A stretch of 63,984 nucleotides of DNA, counting the filler, from Octopus bimaculoides (lineage: Eukaryota), in NCBI RefSeq assembly GCF_001194135.2. It is 4 parts of 4 records of this genome, joined end to end, with 100 filler letters (N's around TTAATTAATTAA, not from the genome) between each part and the next. Parts side by side here need not be neighbours in the genome. Positions count along the whole stretch, not along the records: positions 35,869 to 62,578 come from NC_068981.1; 3 more parts are not named here. One strand, written 5' to 3'. The translations under genes were made by a program, and so were the position numbers. Shown in pieces: positions 36,186 through 50,559 of the stretch. The notes beneath the pieces are model-generated. The model was given only the letters and a program-made list of their open reading frames with translations. It was not told where the DNA came from and searched no databases. Each line of letters begins with the position of its first letter. Position 1 is the first letter of the stretch.

Positions 36186-38256
36186 TTGAGAAACCTGAGT
36201 TTTATATCCGTAAAAAGTAGTTCTCTTAGACAGAAAGATAAACTATTACTAAGTAATGTGAGTTATTAGAGTACTTTGTACTCTTTAGATTCTGAACCAG
36301 AATACATTACCCTAAAGCTTCTAGCATCATCAAGCTAAGCCAGAATGTAAATCTAGAAGAGACTTGAAATATAATATGGTTTCTGAAGAAAAACAATTCC
36401 CTAGGAATTTATGCTGAATATAATGAAGTGGAAATATATCACTTAGACGCACTCACACCAGCTTTCAAATATACTAAATGTCATTGATCCACAAAGTCTC
36501 AATAATTTTAAAACACAAACTTAAAAACAAAAGTCATTGCCTTTCATATATTTTAGTGCAATGGAAGTGGCACAGTGCCCATACCTTTTACTAGTTCTTG
36601 TAGGCTGTAAGGTCAATGTGGCTGATGATCAGTATCAATTTCTGCAGGTTTGATATAGGTAAGGAAAATAGGAGTAAGAAGAGAGATGAGACAAAGTAAG
36701 GATGAGAATAGAACAGCTACAGAGAATCTTTATTACTGATTTTCACAGGGAAGATACTTGCCAGTTTTACTCTAGGAAAAATACTGAGATTCTACAAAAG
36801 TCAATCACTGTAAATGTGGCCATTTCCATATGTCAATTACAAGAGAAGTGTAATGAGCCTAAAAGTCACTGTTTACTTAATTCAAAGAAACATTTAACAA
36901 GCTTAGTCACAGAAAGCTACAATATATATACTCATACAACTTGGTTGCACTTGTAATATTCTAAGCATCTTTTGCATAACATGTAATTTACAAATCAGTT
37001 TAATGGTTGCAAGCAGCAGCATTATGCAGTAATTTGTTGCAGAGTCAAGGCAATTGTATTTTTTTCTACAATCTTCTTTGAGCATATTCTTTTCACAATT
37101 GTTCACTTCCACAAGTAAAATTAGATGTATTCTATTCTGGTAAAGAATATACATCTTTGTTAGCAATCAAGTACAAAATAGCAACAACTACTATTGAGAG
37201 CATTACAAGATTGATACCACCATCCTCAACATAGAATTCCTGGATAGGGATATTGCTTTTTCTTTTCCTTATAGTACACATAGAACTATGCGCTTGTAGA
37301 GAGGACAACTGAGATCATTTCAAAAAATTCAAAAATTAACATCTATGAGATTATGATGTGAATAATGGAAAACCTAAAAGATCAAACCTATTTTTGTCTG
37401 ACTGCTAATATGTTCTTTAATTAAATTAACATATATTTACTCTAATGCTCAATTTTATCTGAATTCATATGTATGTTGTCTTATGTTCTCCTGTGCAAGT
37501 TATACATATCAGTGAATATTTTGGAATTTTTCTACATGTGAGCCTACTTTTTTTCCAATTTGAAGAAGTCCTGAAAATGCTAGCACAAGACACACAACTA
37601 CAAGCGAATGAAATGACATTTGCATAGGTTATGAACTTCTCAACAATGTGACCAATATGCAACTTCATAAACCAGGTAGATAATACTCAGAGCCTCAACA
37701 CAAATAAAAAGAAGGGAACCTGAAGAAATGAGATTTAATATGTTCATATTTTTCAAACACAAACAAATGCATGTGCATTATTGCAAAATAGCCATCATTA
37801 AATACACATGCATACTTACAAGCATTCATATATGCTTGTTTATATGTTCAGGTGTTTTCCTATTAAAACATTAAGTTAATGTTATACTTCTTAAGCTTTG
37901 TCCCTCCAGTTGTGTTGGTTTCATTCTTCAGTGTGTTTACCATATACATATATATATATACATACATACACACACACACACACACACTCTCAGATACATA
38001 TATACATGCATACACACAGAGACAGACAGACATATATATATATATTTTAATTTATGTATATATTAATATTATCTTGGTTGAAAAACTTCGATAATGCAAA
38101 TATGTTAATAGTTACCAGGGTAGCAAAAATCACACAAGAACTGGGATATCATACTCGGTTAATGGGTAGAAATTTCATGTTAAAGTAATGTATTTTGAGT
38201 AGATATAAAGAATAATGATAAATGGAGCAAAACGCATATAATCAATAAGTTCCTTT

Positions 38257-38348
38257 AATTCCTACATATGTTTCAAAAATTATGTGCACTCTACTCCAAA
38301 GAAGTGAGAGATGCTGGTGTATACACATAAATTAATCGTCAGGGAACC
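38257..38348 (-). ncRNA. Type I hammerhead ribozyme motif (PLE/retrozyme-like); activity uncertain
   Basis: Minus strand GGTTCC-CTGACGA-stem II(TTATGTGTA/TGCACATAA)-GAAA-CATATG-TA-GGAATT, with palindromic stem III and a GUA cleavage triplet. Confidence 0.7.
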
Positions 38349-39214
38349 ATATTACAAATGTAAGACTTGCGTTAAATGCTAAGGTTGTGTATGAGTAATA
38401 ACACTATATAGCTAAGTTAAATGACCGTTAGAAACAAGAACGCTAGTTTCCAGGGAGCTGTTTAGGGAGAGAGGCTATGAACGCTATACTAAGAGTTTAA
38501 ATTAAAAGAAGACAAAATGAACCACAGAAAAATCTAAAAGTTAATAATGATAATAAAGGAGAAATTGAGAGAATCCAATGAATTCTTTATATACTACTCA
38601 TTGTGTAAATGAATGTATATAATGAAGGAAAATTAAAGATGGATTCTAAATATAATTAATTAACCATAATATTGTATTATTGTATCATATTAAGTTACGG
38701 TAATTAATCTAAATAAATGGCAATACAAGGTACAAAACTATGAAGTGATGAAATAATAAGAATAAACATGCTTACGATAACAAAATCGATAGTATGTACG
38801 TAAATATACAAGTATACTTAAAACTCTACGAATATAACTTTTCGGGAATAAACTTGCTGAACCAACTAGAGAAGGAGAAAGAGTGTAAACAACTGGCATT
38901 GGAATTAAATATACTTGTTATTTAAGATAATATTATAATGTTATTATTCTAGTTGTTGTTATTATTATAAATGTAAAAGATTTATTATTATCATTATTAT
39001 TATTGTTATTGTCTAAAGTTAAATAAAAATAAATACAAAGTTGGGTGATTGTTCATACCACAATTAAGAAGTGGCTGTCAACTAGTGAGTACATTGGTAG
39101 GTAAAAAAAATAATAATAACTAAAATTAGTAAAAAGGATGAAATTAATGAAACGAGCTGAAGGTGTGCTTTCTCCAATGCTGGCATCTGTATGCTCTCTG
39201 TGTTATCTGGTTAT

Positions 39215-39365
39215 GGGTTTCTTTTAATTTCTGTCTCCCAAATCCACTCACAAGGCTTTGGTCGGCCCAAGGCTATAGCAGGAGACACTTGCCCAAGGTG
39301 CCATGCAGTGGGACTGAACCTGGAACCAGTGGTTGGGAAGCAAGCTTCTTACCACACAGCCACTC
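39215..39365 (-). mobile_element. SINE family A copy
   Basis: Homologous to 16621-16776. Confidence 0.85.
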
Positions 39366-40729
39366 ATATATATATATATATACACACACACACATATATA
39401 TATATATACATGTATATACATATATATCTGACTGACCACACCAACAAAGTGAACTTTACATATATATATATATACACACACACATACACACACAACACGC
39501 ATATATTTTCAGTATATGTAATGAGGCAGTATATAATTAAATTAGTCAGCTATGTATCATACTTAATGTATACACACAGTCAATAGGCCAGTTAGTGCAC
39601 ACACTTAACCATATTCATATTCATATACCAACACTTAGCCATATTCATGCTCTTCATTGAAGTTACAATTTCACATATTAATTTCTTATTGCAACAATAA
39701 ATAATTTATCTTGATAAATATCAACACACATATACAATTAACGCACACTCACTGATCTCAGAAACCCTTTCTAGTTCGCTGATTTATAACCACATACGTA
39801 CATTACCGCTCAACCTTCTAGCATCTCTCCCCTCCTCTACTTAACATAATCCTTTCCTTCCTGCACACATCACACTGACCACCACACTGCACTGCTGCAA
39901 ATAGTATGTATATTTTATCTTGTACATCAGCCTGCTCCAAGCTGACTGATAGTTCAAATACACATGCCCCACATGCTATTATTATTATGGTCTTCTTCAC
40001 ATCATACCACTTAGCATCCCCCTTCCTAACACATTTTCACACCACCCACTCCTATATAATTTCCTCTAACTCTAGAAATTTACATATCTATCTTTTGCCA
40101 TGATTGTTAATGTCTATTTATCTATCCTCATATTATGACCTAGTTTCCTCTGCCTCTCTTCTTTAAAACTTTCTCCTACACCTCACACAAGTAATAGACC
40201 AAAGCCTTCTACTAAGGCTCTATTTCATTCTCCCTTTGATGAGGGAATAGACCACCACTATAATTAATGTCAGCTGCTGATTGTTTGCAGGGAAATGTAC
40301 CATCTTCACATCTATTCTTGAAACAGCTGTAAGAGACAACCTGCACACCTTTTTTTCCTTCCTTATGATCTATACTCATGTAACAACACAACATTCAGGT
40401 TTATATAAATGCTATAAACTAACCTGATACCAGTTGTTTGCCTGTTTATACTTTTATTCTATATGATATACACATATATCTATACACACATACACACACA
40501 CACATGCAGACATACAACCACATAATAATGCCATGTGTTTGAGTATATAAACTATTCACACACACATATGCAGACACAAATGAATACACACACATACACA
40601 TGGTTGGACAAACACGCACGCATACACATATGTATTTATTCATATGTAAATATTTATATTTGCATGCATGTACGCATTCATACCAGGGAAAGTATTACTC
40701 ATACAGGAAGCCTAATGAGGATACAGTAT

Positions 40730-41530
40730 GCATCCATAAGAGCTCAACTCATCCCCTTACTGTAATTAGAAACCTGGTTCCAGGTATTAGTAAATGCCTA
40801 TATAATCTCTCAGCCAGAGCAGATTTACTAAGAAGCTTCCATATGTGGACAACACCCAAACACTCTCTCCTCACACCAAAAGGATTAGGAGAAGGAAAAT
40901 GATATAGTATAACCCCGCCTTTTAATCTAGAAGTTTCTACCAATGTAGCCAGGGGCTTCCTGTTGTTAATTAAGAAATAATTCCCCAGAAGCCATAAGTA
41001 TTACAAACTCTTCAACCCCCATAATGTCAAGGTGAGCAACTCCTGCTCAGACAACATCGCATCTAACATTGCATGCATCAACAAATGTAAAAATGCACCC
41101 ACACCACCTTCAACCCCAACCTACAACTCCCAAAACCCTCAACCTGCAACTGCCAAGCCCCCTCACCATGTGCCCTCGAGAAGGATCTTGTCTCTCAAGG
41201 GCCTTATTATACAGAGCCACCCTTACACCATCTGATGGTATTACTAAGCACTACACGGGTATGACAGCTAATGACTTCAAGGGAAAATACTCCCAGCATA
41301 TGCACTTGTTCAGATCCAGAGTCAGAAAGAACTCTACCTTCCAATCTTGTTTTCTTTGGTGACTCCATGATCTCTGAGATGAAATACTCAGCATCAAGTG
41401 GGTTACTGTCGACAGAGCTCCACCATATTCACCCAGCACCCCCAACTGTCAGCTCTGCCTCAGCAAAAAACTGCATATCCTCCAACAACCTGCAGTATCC
41501 ATCAACAATACAATTTCTCATATTGCTGTC
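40730..41530 (+). mobile_element. Penelope-like element 3' fragment with GIY-YIG endonuclease
   Basis: YNPAFNLEVSTNVARGFL...LFNPHNVKVSNSCSDNIAS and CPREGSCLSRALLYRATL...HYTGMTANDFK. Same family type as 1500-2330. Confidence 0.8.
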
Positions 41531-44500
41531 ACCTGCAGGCAAATTTCAGGCCTCTGACAATTGACAATTCAGATATACCACCTTAGCACCAGCTGCTTCT
41601 CTGCACCACCTGCATCAAGGTCACTGCTACCAGCCAACCCCATGATCAGGACCACCATTTACCAACCCCCAATACATACCAGTCCCCAAAGCCTGCTTTG
41701 CACTCGTTCACACGCATGCATATGTGCATGCACACTGGTATGCATACACAAGTGTATGTGTATGCATGCATGTGTGCAGACATGCATGCCCATGTACAGA
41801 TGCACACACTTGCATCAATATACACATGCACACAAAACTATATAAGCATGTCTACACACCCACATATAGAACTATATACTTGCACGTGCTGCCCCTTCCT
41901 ACTTACCCCCCACCAACAACCTAACAGATTTCTAATTGCCACATGGTCTATTTCCTGTCCTCCACATGGTCAATATCCTGTTTGCCATGCAGTATTTTCC
42001 AGCTAACTGTTATCCATATACCAACATCAAACTACAACACTGCGTGACCTTCCTTGACCAATTGCAGCCCACCTTACGGTAATAACAATCAACTTCTGTC
42101 ATTCAGATTTAGAATGGCTGATGACTAGCATCACACTTGAGGCTCAAGAGTACAAATGAATTTGAATCAGACTGTTTTGATCCATATATATATGTATATA
42201 TATATGAATTCTAAAGTTAAAAATAATAGCATGTAAATATTGAGTTAAAAACCCTTTTGCACAGAAAACATCAACACATTCATACATACACCCACACGCA
42301 TATGTATATATACATTATTTATTTTAACAGTATTTTTCTTTTCTTTGATATATGTAAATAAATATGAAGAGATATCAATTCGTTAACGAATTTTTCTTGA
42401 TTTTTTTTTTACTCTAAACTGATATTTCACCTTATACCAGGTGGATCATAAAAAACAAGCTTCTGGGTTTATAATCCATGGAATATATTGGAATAACAAA
42501 TACTATTTGTAAGCTAGATATAATGTATGTCCATTTAATGAGTACCTAAAAAGCTTGTGACAGAATCATTATTTTGTGTGGTTGCTATGAAGTCATGAGA
42601 CAGTATTCACTAGCATGTATTTATGTTTTTGTATACTGTAAATCTAATGTGATGCAAGATGAACTTATTTTGCAGCATCTCACAGTCATTACTGTCTTGT
42701 GACAATTGTAAACAAGTATCTTTTTCTTGTTCTTCATTGCAACTGACACATTACTGCTACAACTTCTATGTGTTGTCATAAAAATGTTTATTCTTGTACC
42801 AACAACTGATAAAGAATTAAAATAATATATAGTGCATAATTAATGTTTTTCTATCTATCTTATAGCATCTTGAGTACAATAAATTAAATGGAGCATATAT
42901 TTAAAACTGACTAGCTAAGATGGTTTTAAAAGAACTGACTCTCAGAGAAATGCCCTTAATGAGTCTAAGTTGAATTTGTGATGCAGATAAGAACTATGCT
43001 GCCATTTGGAGACAGCCAGCTAACAGATACCTAGCCTTAATAAAGAAAAAAATTAACATATATGAAGAAATACTGCACTATTTGCAAAATTCAATCTAAA
43101 CTAATTTAGATAAACTTTGATTAATTTACTATTTGCACACATAAAATTATTCACATAAAAACCTGAGCAATGCATATTTTGAATGATAGAACAGAAAAAA
43201 AAATTCTTTATTAGATAAATTAGACAAGTTACAACTAACAAATGATGTAAGAAAATAAACATGACTACAAATACTATGTGTATGTTAATGTGTGAATTTT
43301 AACAGATCTGGTTAATAAATTTGATACTGACACCACCCACTTACTTCCAGTAGAGCAAGTCAAGAAGGCTTCCAGGATTGTAGATTCTGATGACTCAGTG
43401 TATTTTTTAAAGATTTTAAATATGCATAACAATTGGACAGTACACAAGAAGTGAAAGTAGAAAAGTTTTTCTTGTCTATGCTGTCATAAATTGTTGTGGT
43501 AATTTGTCAATTTAAGACAATTTGTGTAAAGTGTCATGGCTTTATATTAATTTTCAGTTATATAAACTGAGTCGTCCAATATTCATAGTAAAATGTGTCT
43601 CCAGATGTCTATTTAGAGTTATGTAGGATGACAGAACATGTGTGTAAAGTAAGCTAGCTTGAAAATTCATATTAAGTCTTTTGAGACTTGTGCAGATATC
43701 TGCAACATAGACAACATTTCGAAGTTCATAATTGCTATGGGATCAAGGGAATATGTACACCACATTACTTAATTTAATATTAGTATTCAAATTACAGTTA
43801 GAGATGTGACAAAGTGCATAACGAATTGCTTTAGTTTGTTTCAACAATATATAACAGACTGGTGCTGCCGTTGCTGTTTAGCCCCAGGTCAACCTGATTA
43901 AGTAGACTCATGATCAAAGGCATTCCAGCTATGACACCCAACATCTTTTTAAGATCAGTCACTCATGACATTATCTAAGGTGTCCTTCCTACTTATAAGA
44001 TGCTAGGGTGTGATTTGAGAAAGATTAGGCCATTACTTATAGCAGGCTGATTTAAGTAGTTGCTGGTGTTGTTTAGCTTCAGATCAGACCTGGTAGAGGT
44101 AACCTATGATTAAAATCATTCCAACATCAACTATTTCAACATTTTAGGGGTATTTTCACTACATTATCAGTGTTGTTCCCATTTTAAGGCAGTAGGGTGT
44201 GGTTCAAGAGAATTTGGTTGCTATTTCTAACATGTCAAGTGACGTTTCCCAGCCTCCTTCACTGGTGTTAACTAACAGTGCATGAAGCATTGTCTTAGGG
44301 GTGCTTTTATCACATTAATAATCTATTTTTCTAATTGGAATAATTATCAAAACCATCACTACTACTTTAACATCCACTTTCTATTCTATTGAAAATTGAA
44401 TGGTCCTGAAATACATTGCCATACTATTGTGGTCATTATCCTCTTATCTACAACCTCATTCTAACATTTTGAGATATTATCTCATCACTTTTTCTACATC

Positions 44501-44542
44501 TTCTTTTGACATTATCAGAAAATTTTACTCAGTACTCAATGT

Positions 44543-44574
<32 letters not shown>

Positions 44575-44579
<5 letters not shown>

Positions 44580-45550
44580 CAGCAATATCAAAGGGAGGAT
44601 CATTAGGAAGATAGTTTTTGTATGTGGCAGATGTTCAGGAGCAATAAACACTGAGAATGTGCAGAAAACAACTTCTGCCACATTCCAGGCAGAAAAACTA
44701 GATGTAGTTGATAGCTTCCGCTATCTGGGTGACCAAGTTAGTAGTGGGTGAGTGTGCGCTGAAAGTGTAGCTGCTAGAATAAGAATAGCCTGGGCAAAGT
44801 TCAGAGAGCTCTTACTTTTGCTGGTGACAAAGGGCCTTTCCCTCAGAGTAAAAGGCTGACTGTATGATGCATGTGTACGAACAGCCATGCTACATGGCAG
44901 TGAAACATGGGCCGTGACTGCTGAGGACATGCGTAAGCTTGCAAGGAATGAAGCCAGTATGCTCCGATGGATGTGTAATGTCAGTGTGCATACTCGACAG
45001 AGTGTAAGTACCTTGAGAGAAAAGTTAGACCTAAGAAGCATCAGTTGTAGTGTGCAAGAGAGACAATAGCGCTGGTATGGACATGTGGCAAGAATGGATG
45101 AGGATAGCTGTGTGAAAAAGTGCCACACCCTAGCAGTTGAGGGAACCTGTGGAAGAGGTAGACACAAGAAGATCTGGGATGAGGTGGTGAAGCACGAACT
45201 TCGAACATTAGGCCTCACCAAGGCAATGACTTGTGACCGAGACCTTTGGAAATATGTTGTGAGTGAGAAGACCCAGCAAGCCAAGTGAGACCATAATCCG
45301 AGGCCTCTGCCAGGAGTGTAGCCAGCCCACTTATGTGTACCTTTCCTTCATTGGACACTAAGAAACTCCGCTTGCGAAGACCTGTTGAAGCAAGTGAAAT
45401 CAAAATCGAACCAAATTCAACTGGCACCCATGCCAACCTCTCTTTCACTGGACACTAAACTCGGCTTGCGAAGACCTGTTGGGGCAAGTGAAAGTGAAAT
45501 TGTGATGGCACCTGTACCAGTGGAATGCTAAGAGCACTGTCCAAGCGTGA
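44575..45550 (+). mobile_element. RTE-clade LINE 3' end with 3' UTR
   Basis: VVDSFRYLGD, MLHGSETWA, EASMLRWMC, WYGHVARMDEDSCVKKC...GRGR.KK.WDEVV, then UTR tandem units. Confidence 0.92.
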
Positions 45551-45831
45551 TTAGGAGAAGGAAAATGATATAGTATAACCCCGCCTTTTAATCTAGAAGT
45601 TTCTACCAATGTAGCCAGGGGCTTCCTGTTGTTAATTAAGAAATAATTCCCCAGAAGCCATAAGTATTACAAACTCTTCAACCCCCATAATGTCAAGGTG
45701 AGCAACTCCTGCTCAGACAACATCGCATCTAACATTGCATGCATCAACAAATGTAAAAATGCACCCACACCACCTTCAACCCCAACCTACAACTCCCAAA
45801 ACCCTCAACCTGCAACTGCCAAGCCCCCTCA
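45549..45831 (+). repeat. Exact 283-bp duplicate of 40883-41165 (inside the PLE relic)
   Basis: Base-by-base reading shows no differences. Confidence 0.9.
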
Positions 45832-47296
45832 TATAACATAACACTTCATACATAAGCTTCATATAGGCTACATATTGTATGAGAAAAACTTTTTATTGCT
45901 AACAATTTTAGCTTTCATGGAGTATACAGTATTGAGATCATATCCTTCTATTCCTGAATACTGAACAAGGCTTTTTGCCAGATGTCGCAGAGATTTTCTA
46001 TTTGTTGTTACTAATTAATAATTTAGTGTCTGCTGTTGACATTTTAGGCCAATTCTCTGATTTTAAACATATCTACAGCACATTTTATAGATTATGCAAG
46101 GAAAATCAGATCATAAACATACAAAAGTTTTGAAGTTCATCAGCTCCTGAACTTCTGCATCAGTGTTTCAAAAACTATGGTATAGGAGAGATTAAGTAAA
46201 GAAGCCCTAGTGAACATCTGCCTACATTTTATGTTCTTTGAAATTGCTGCCAATACTGATGTAATAGAACTTGTTTTAATACCTTAAAAGGTCTGTCATG
46301 AGCAAGTCATTTACATTTTTTTTTAGTAATTACACTACATAGCTCAAGATCCAACTAACGACCTTTCCAAAGTGCACTGTGTGTTTGAGTTCTATAGATA
46401 AATTAAAATCATAGATTTCTGAGGATTTGGTGCAGGCTATAAGTGCTGCTAGTTTTGTTTTCTTTTTTTAATTTAGGTTCTGCAATGATACTACTGATAA
46501 TTGTTAATCAAATCTCACTTGGATCAACTCATTTTTGAGTAAAGTACATGTGGTTGGAATATACTAAACTCTGCTTATCGAAAGAATGATTTTTTCATAA
46601 TTACAAAAGAAACTCTGGCATAAAGATAAGACTATAACAATCTTTGACTAAAATCTATTTGCATACTCATGTATATAGAAAGGGAAGAGAAGAAAGTAGT
46701 TGTTGAAAAAAAACTAAGAACAAGTGTTTTCAGCATCCCTCATCATTCTATTGTTACAAATCTTCTCAGTTTTAGTTCATTTTGTCTCCTGAACTATTTT
46801 AAAACTATATCAATGGTTGTATTCATGATTTTTTGGTAATATTTTCAGTACTCTTTTCAATCCTAATATTATAGATGTATAATAATTACACATGTGTGTA
46901 GTTTCAACCTTAATGGTGTGTATGTGTTCAAAATCTGTACAGAATTATATATGTGTGAGTAGAATACCACTGATCTACTAAATAATACAAATAAACTAAA
47001 CTTAATAAAGGAAATGTGTGCATGCACATGCATGAATACACACAAATGTATATATTTGTATATATCTTCCACATGTAACAAAGAATTATACTAACTGTTC
47101 CAGGCTCCCTCATATTGGTATCTATCCAATATTGATAATAAACAATATTATTTTTCAAAATCACTAATACTTGTATTTTTTTTTTCTGAGATGTATTTCA
47201 TAGTGATGACTATTTTCTTGAAATATCTTCTGAACCTGAGACAATCAACAACACATTCAAGATGTGGAAATAGCCCAAAATGAAGACATTACTAAC

Positions 47297-47340
47297 ACCT
47301 ATTCTTGCACACTCAAATTCAGTTGGTTGTGTAACAATTG
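47297..47340 (-). CDS. Candidate 44-nt exon (xIVTQPTEFECARIG), gene unassigned
   Basis: Acceptor atgattttcag and donor gttagt. Phase-compatible with 48007-48045. Confidence 0.3.
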
Positions 47341-48006
47341 CTGAAAATCATGATGAGATAAAATTTAAACAATATGGACAAGATTAACATTTTTAAGACA
47401 TGCAAATGAATTTAGATTTCTTTTCTTTTTGACATACTAATGCTAAAATGAAAAGCAGTTTGAAAGTGGAGGATTTGTAATAGTACAAACAGTAATTTAA
47501 AACATTTCCTGAAAGAAAATTGAATTCGAATCTTGTAAAAATATGCTACTTTTATTAAGAGATGCAGTTTACAAATTTAGATTAACAGAGTGTAGCAAAT
47601 ATAGGTGTTCCGTTCAATTGCCAGTTGACATATCAAATCATGGTAGTCTTGAAGTAATTCATATATTCTAAATAACATATACTATACTTCAGTATTAGTT
47701 TGGTTTATTTACTCTCTAATACCAAAGAGTTTATCTAGATATGTATTAGATTAGCAATATAAATCACAAAGAATATTTTAAAATTAACAGTTAAATACTA
47801 TGATTAAGGAGTAACTATTACAATGAAACAATCTACAGTCATTACAAAATTCTATAACACCAGTACATACTACTTAAGTTTATTTGATTTTAACTATTTT
47901 AAAAGCCTTCTATTTGATCTCTCTAAAAATCCCTGAAATCACTTCCCAGCATTGTGGAAAAACTTCCACAGAGTTTCAAATTAGCAGAGGTTTTGCCTCC
48001 ACTTAC

Positions 48007-48045
48007 CGTCAGTAGGCTTCAAGCCTGGTGTAGGTAAGAAATAAC
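48007..48045 (-). CDS. Candidate 39-nt phase 1-1 micro-exon (GYFLPTPGLKPTD), gene unassigned
   Basis: Strong acceptor attatttctttcag and consensus donor gtaagt, with an open symmetric frame. Confidence 0.45.
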
Positions 48046-49029
48046 CTGAAAGAAATAATTTACACTCCCACTACAATATACATGTTATGGATAACAGTAG
48101 CATTCTTGATAGTTATAAACATACAGTCCTTTAGATTTACATCAAACTGAAAAAATATAGCTCCAGAACTCAAACATATAAAATATATTCATATTAGTGG
48201 TAGAATATTTTTCAAAAGTTTTTCACAAGTATTACCAACCAAATTCTGTCCTTCATTCACTGAAAAGATTTTTTATATAATTTTCATATTAATTTACATT
48301 GATTATCAGAAAAAACGAAAATAGGTTAAAATCATTAGATTGTTTTGCCTTCCTGTAATTTTGCTTACAATAGCATTCGCACAATATTTTAAAATTACTG
48401 TAACCTGTTAATTGCTTCAAGCAGTAGTTTAAGTACTGCAATATATAAACCAAGCCACTAATATTGTCTTTCCAGTTATAGAAATCTTTTTAGGCTGATA
48501 CAAACACACACTTACACACATACTTACACAAAGTAAACATTAATTTGTCACACAACAAAAATATACAATGCCATCCATGGCCAGAAATCAGCAGATAAAA
48601 TCATAAGAAAACAAAATGTAGTACAAGACCAAATAGTGGTGAGAAGTGATGAAATTAAGGAGGAAAAGGAATATATCTACATGTGACAGTAAATATATAC
48701 CCAAATATGAATGCTGAAATTTTGTGCAGAGTAAAAAGCTCAATGGATGGTATTTACCTTGATTAAAGATGTGTCTAACCCTTTGATACCAACCAATCTG
48801 TGGCATAAATTTCCAGTTTTAAAGTGATCTAAACTAAAACCATTCGTCAAAATTTCATGTTAATTTATGTTCATGTTAATTTATATTAATAATTTCAAAG
48901 TTATTTTAGTAAATCCTGCATTATTTAAAAAATTAATTGAAAGCAATGCAGTGTATTTCTACAAAAATAGGATAACAAAAGAGTTAAAGCACAGTTGGAA
49001 ATCCTGCATGCCAATCCCTTCAATGGTAT

Positions 49030-49330
49030 TACCCTATCTGCACTTGTCTACACAAGTGAGATATGGGCTACTCCATAAAGAAAACAAAAAGAAAGAATGA
49101 CTATCTACAAACAGAAGGTCATGGAGCATATCCAGAAAAGACAACCTGAAAATGGAGTAGAGTAAATGAGGTGACTGTTGAATACCAAAAGCACAAGTTT
49201 TGATGGGTTGGACATGTTGCAAGGATCACAAACCTGTACAGAGATCAGAATAAATCATTCCGAACACCATGAAGATGATGAGAAGACGACAGCCAAAACA
49301 TTTGGGCCAAATGGAAGGTGAGGGTACAAT
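49030..49330 (+). mobile_element. Old RTE-like LINE C-terminal relic
   Basis: Degenerate LVY.SE.W and WVGHVAR motifs. Confidence 0.45.
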
Positions 49331-50559
49331 CAAGGAAAGAAATAGAAACACATTGTAACCAGCAATGTATTAAGACATGTACATGTAAGTGAGTGTATCT
49401 GTGTGATTGTTTACTGATTATGCTCAGCTATGGCTACAGATGGCAACACCATCATTTACAGCTCAGCTACAGGCAGTAATGGCACTATTTGGAGCTAAGC
49501 TGTGACTGGTAATGTTTGTTGACATTTCCTGTCAACTAATCATCTACTCGTTCTGTGCTATTGAATTACTCTGGAATAAAACATTCCATACTTGAAAAAC
49601 TGATTCGGGTTGATGACAGGAAAAGCATCTGGCTGCAAAAATCCTGCCTCAAACCCTTCCCCCATCTAAGCCATGCTACTATAGGAAGTAGATGTTTATC
49701 AAATGATTAAATTTTAAATATCTAGATATATATATATATAAATTTGTAGAATAAGATATGGATTCTGAAAATCATGTGGCTATCACAGAAAACTCCTCTA
49801 ATGGATTCAGCTAATAGTCCACATAGTAATCCAATACAGAGAAGTGTAATGCAGAGTGTCCATGTAGCTAAAATCTAGAAGATCCAATCAAATGAAATTA
49901 CTAGAGTTGAATCATTGGTGTAACCATGATGTCCTGGAGATCTGATGAGCTAGCTTTCTTTATCTGCATAGAATTGTGAATATATGATTGTATTGTATAC
50001 TGCATAGCATGCATATTGATGCAATTTATTCAATACTGAAATTATTACTATATGAAGAAGACTGTAAAGTGGCTGTAATCCCAAAGATGTCAAGTGGTTA
50101 AATAAATATATTCATCTCTCATATCTCCTGACATTTTATGGTTCATATATATAACAAACACATGCACACTATATCAAAATATAGGTATATATCTATATAT
50201 GCAATCATATAGTACATATATATTCACACATACACACTCTGATATGCATGTATAAATGTGTGTATATATATATACATGTACAGAAGCTGGGTACAGGCAA
50301 AATCAGCTGTAGTGTGGAAAAAGAAGACAAAATGAAGACACTACTGGTACATATATATAAGATGGCAGTGGGATGAAGAAGAGTCAAACGATTCAAGTGG
50401 AAATAATTTTTGAAAGGCAAAACAGGGAAGAAGTGATGAAATCTAATTTCATGATATTGAAACTCATGGAAAAGTTGACACGGGCCTGCAAAAACTGGTG
50501 AAATACTATGCTAGACTAAGTCACAGCCAACTATGTATCTATGCTCATATGCATATATA

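Noticed and set aside
42600-42810. Cys-containing minus-strand frame reminiscent of a VWC start (CWYKNKHF...CVSC)
   Set aside because: Multiple in-frame stops and no convincing donor.
43346-43480. Open frame ending at a gtaagt donor (…FKKYTESSESTILEAFLTCSTG)
   Set aside because: Acceptor is poor and the peptide is not recognisable; insufficient support.
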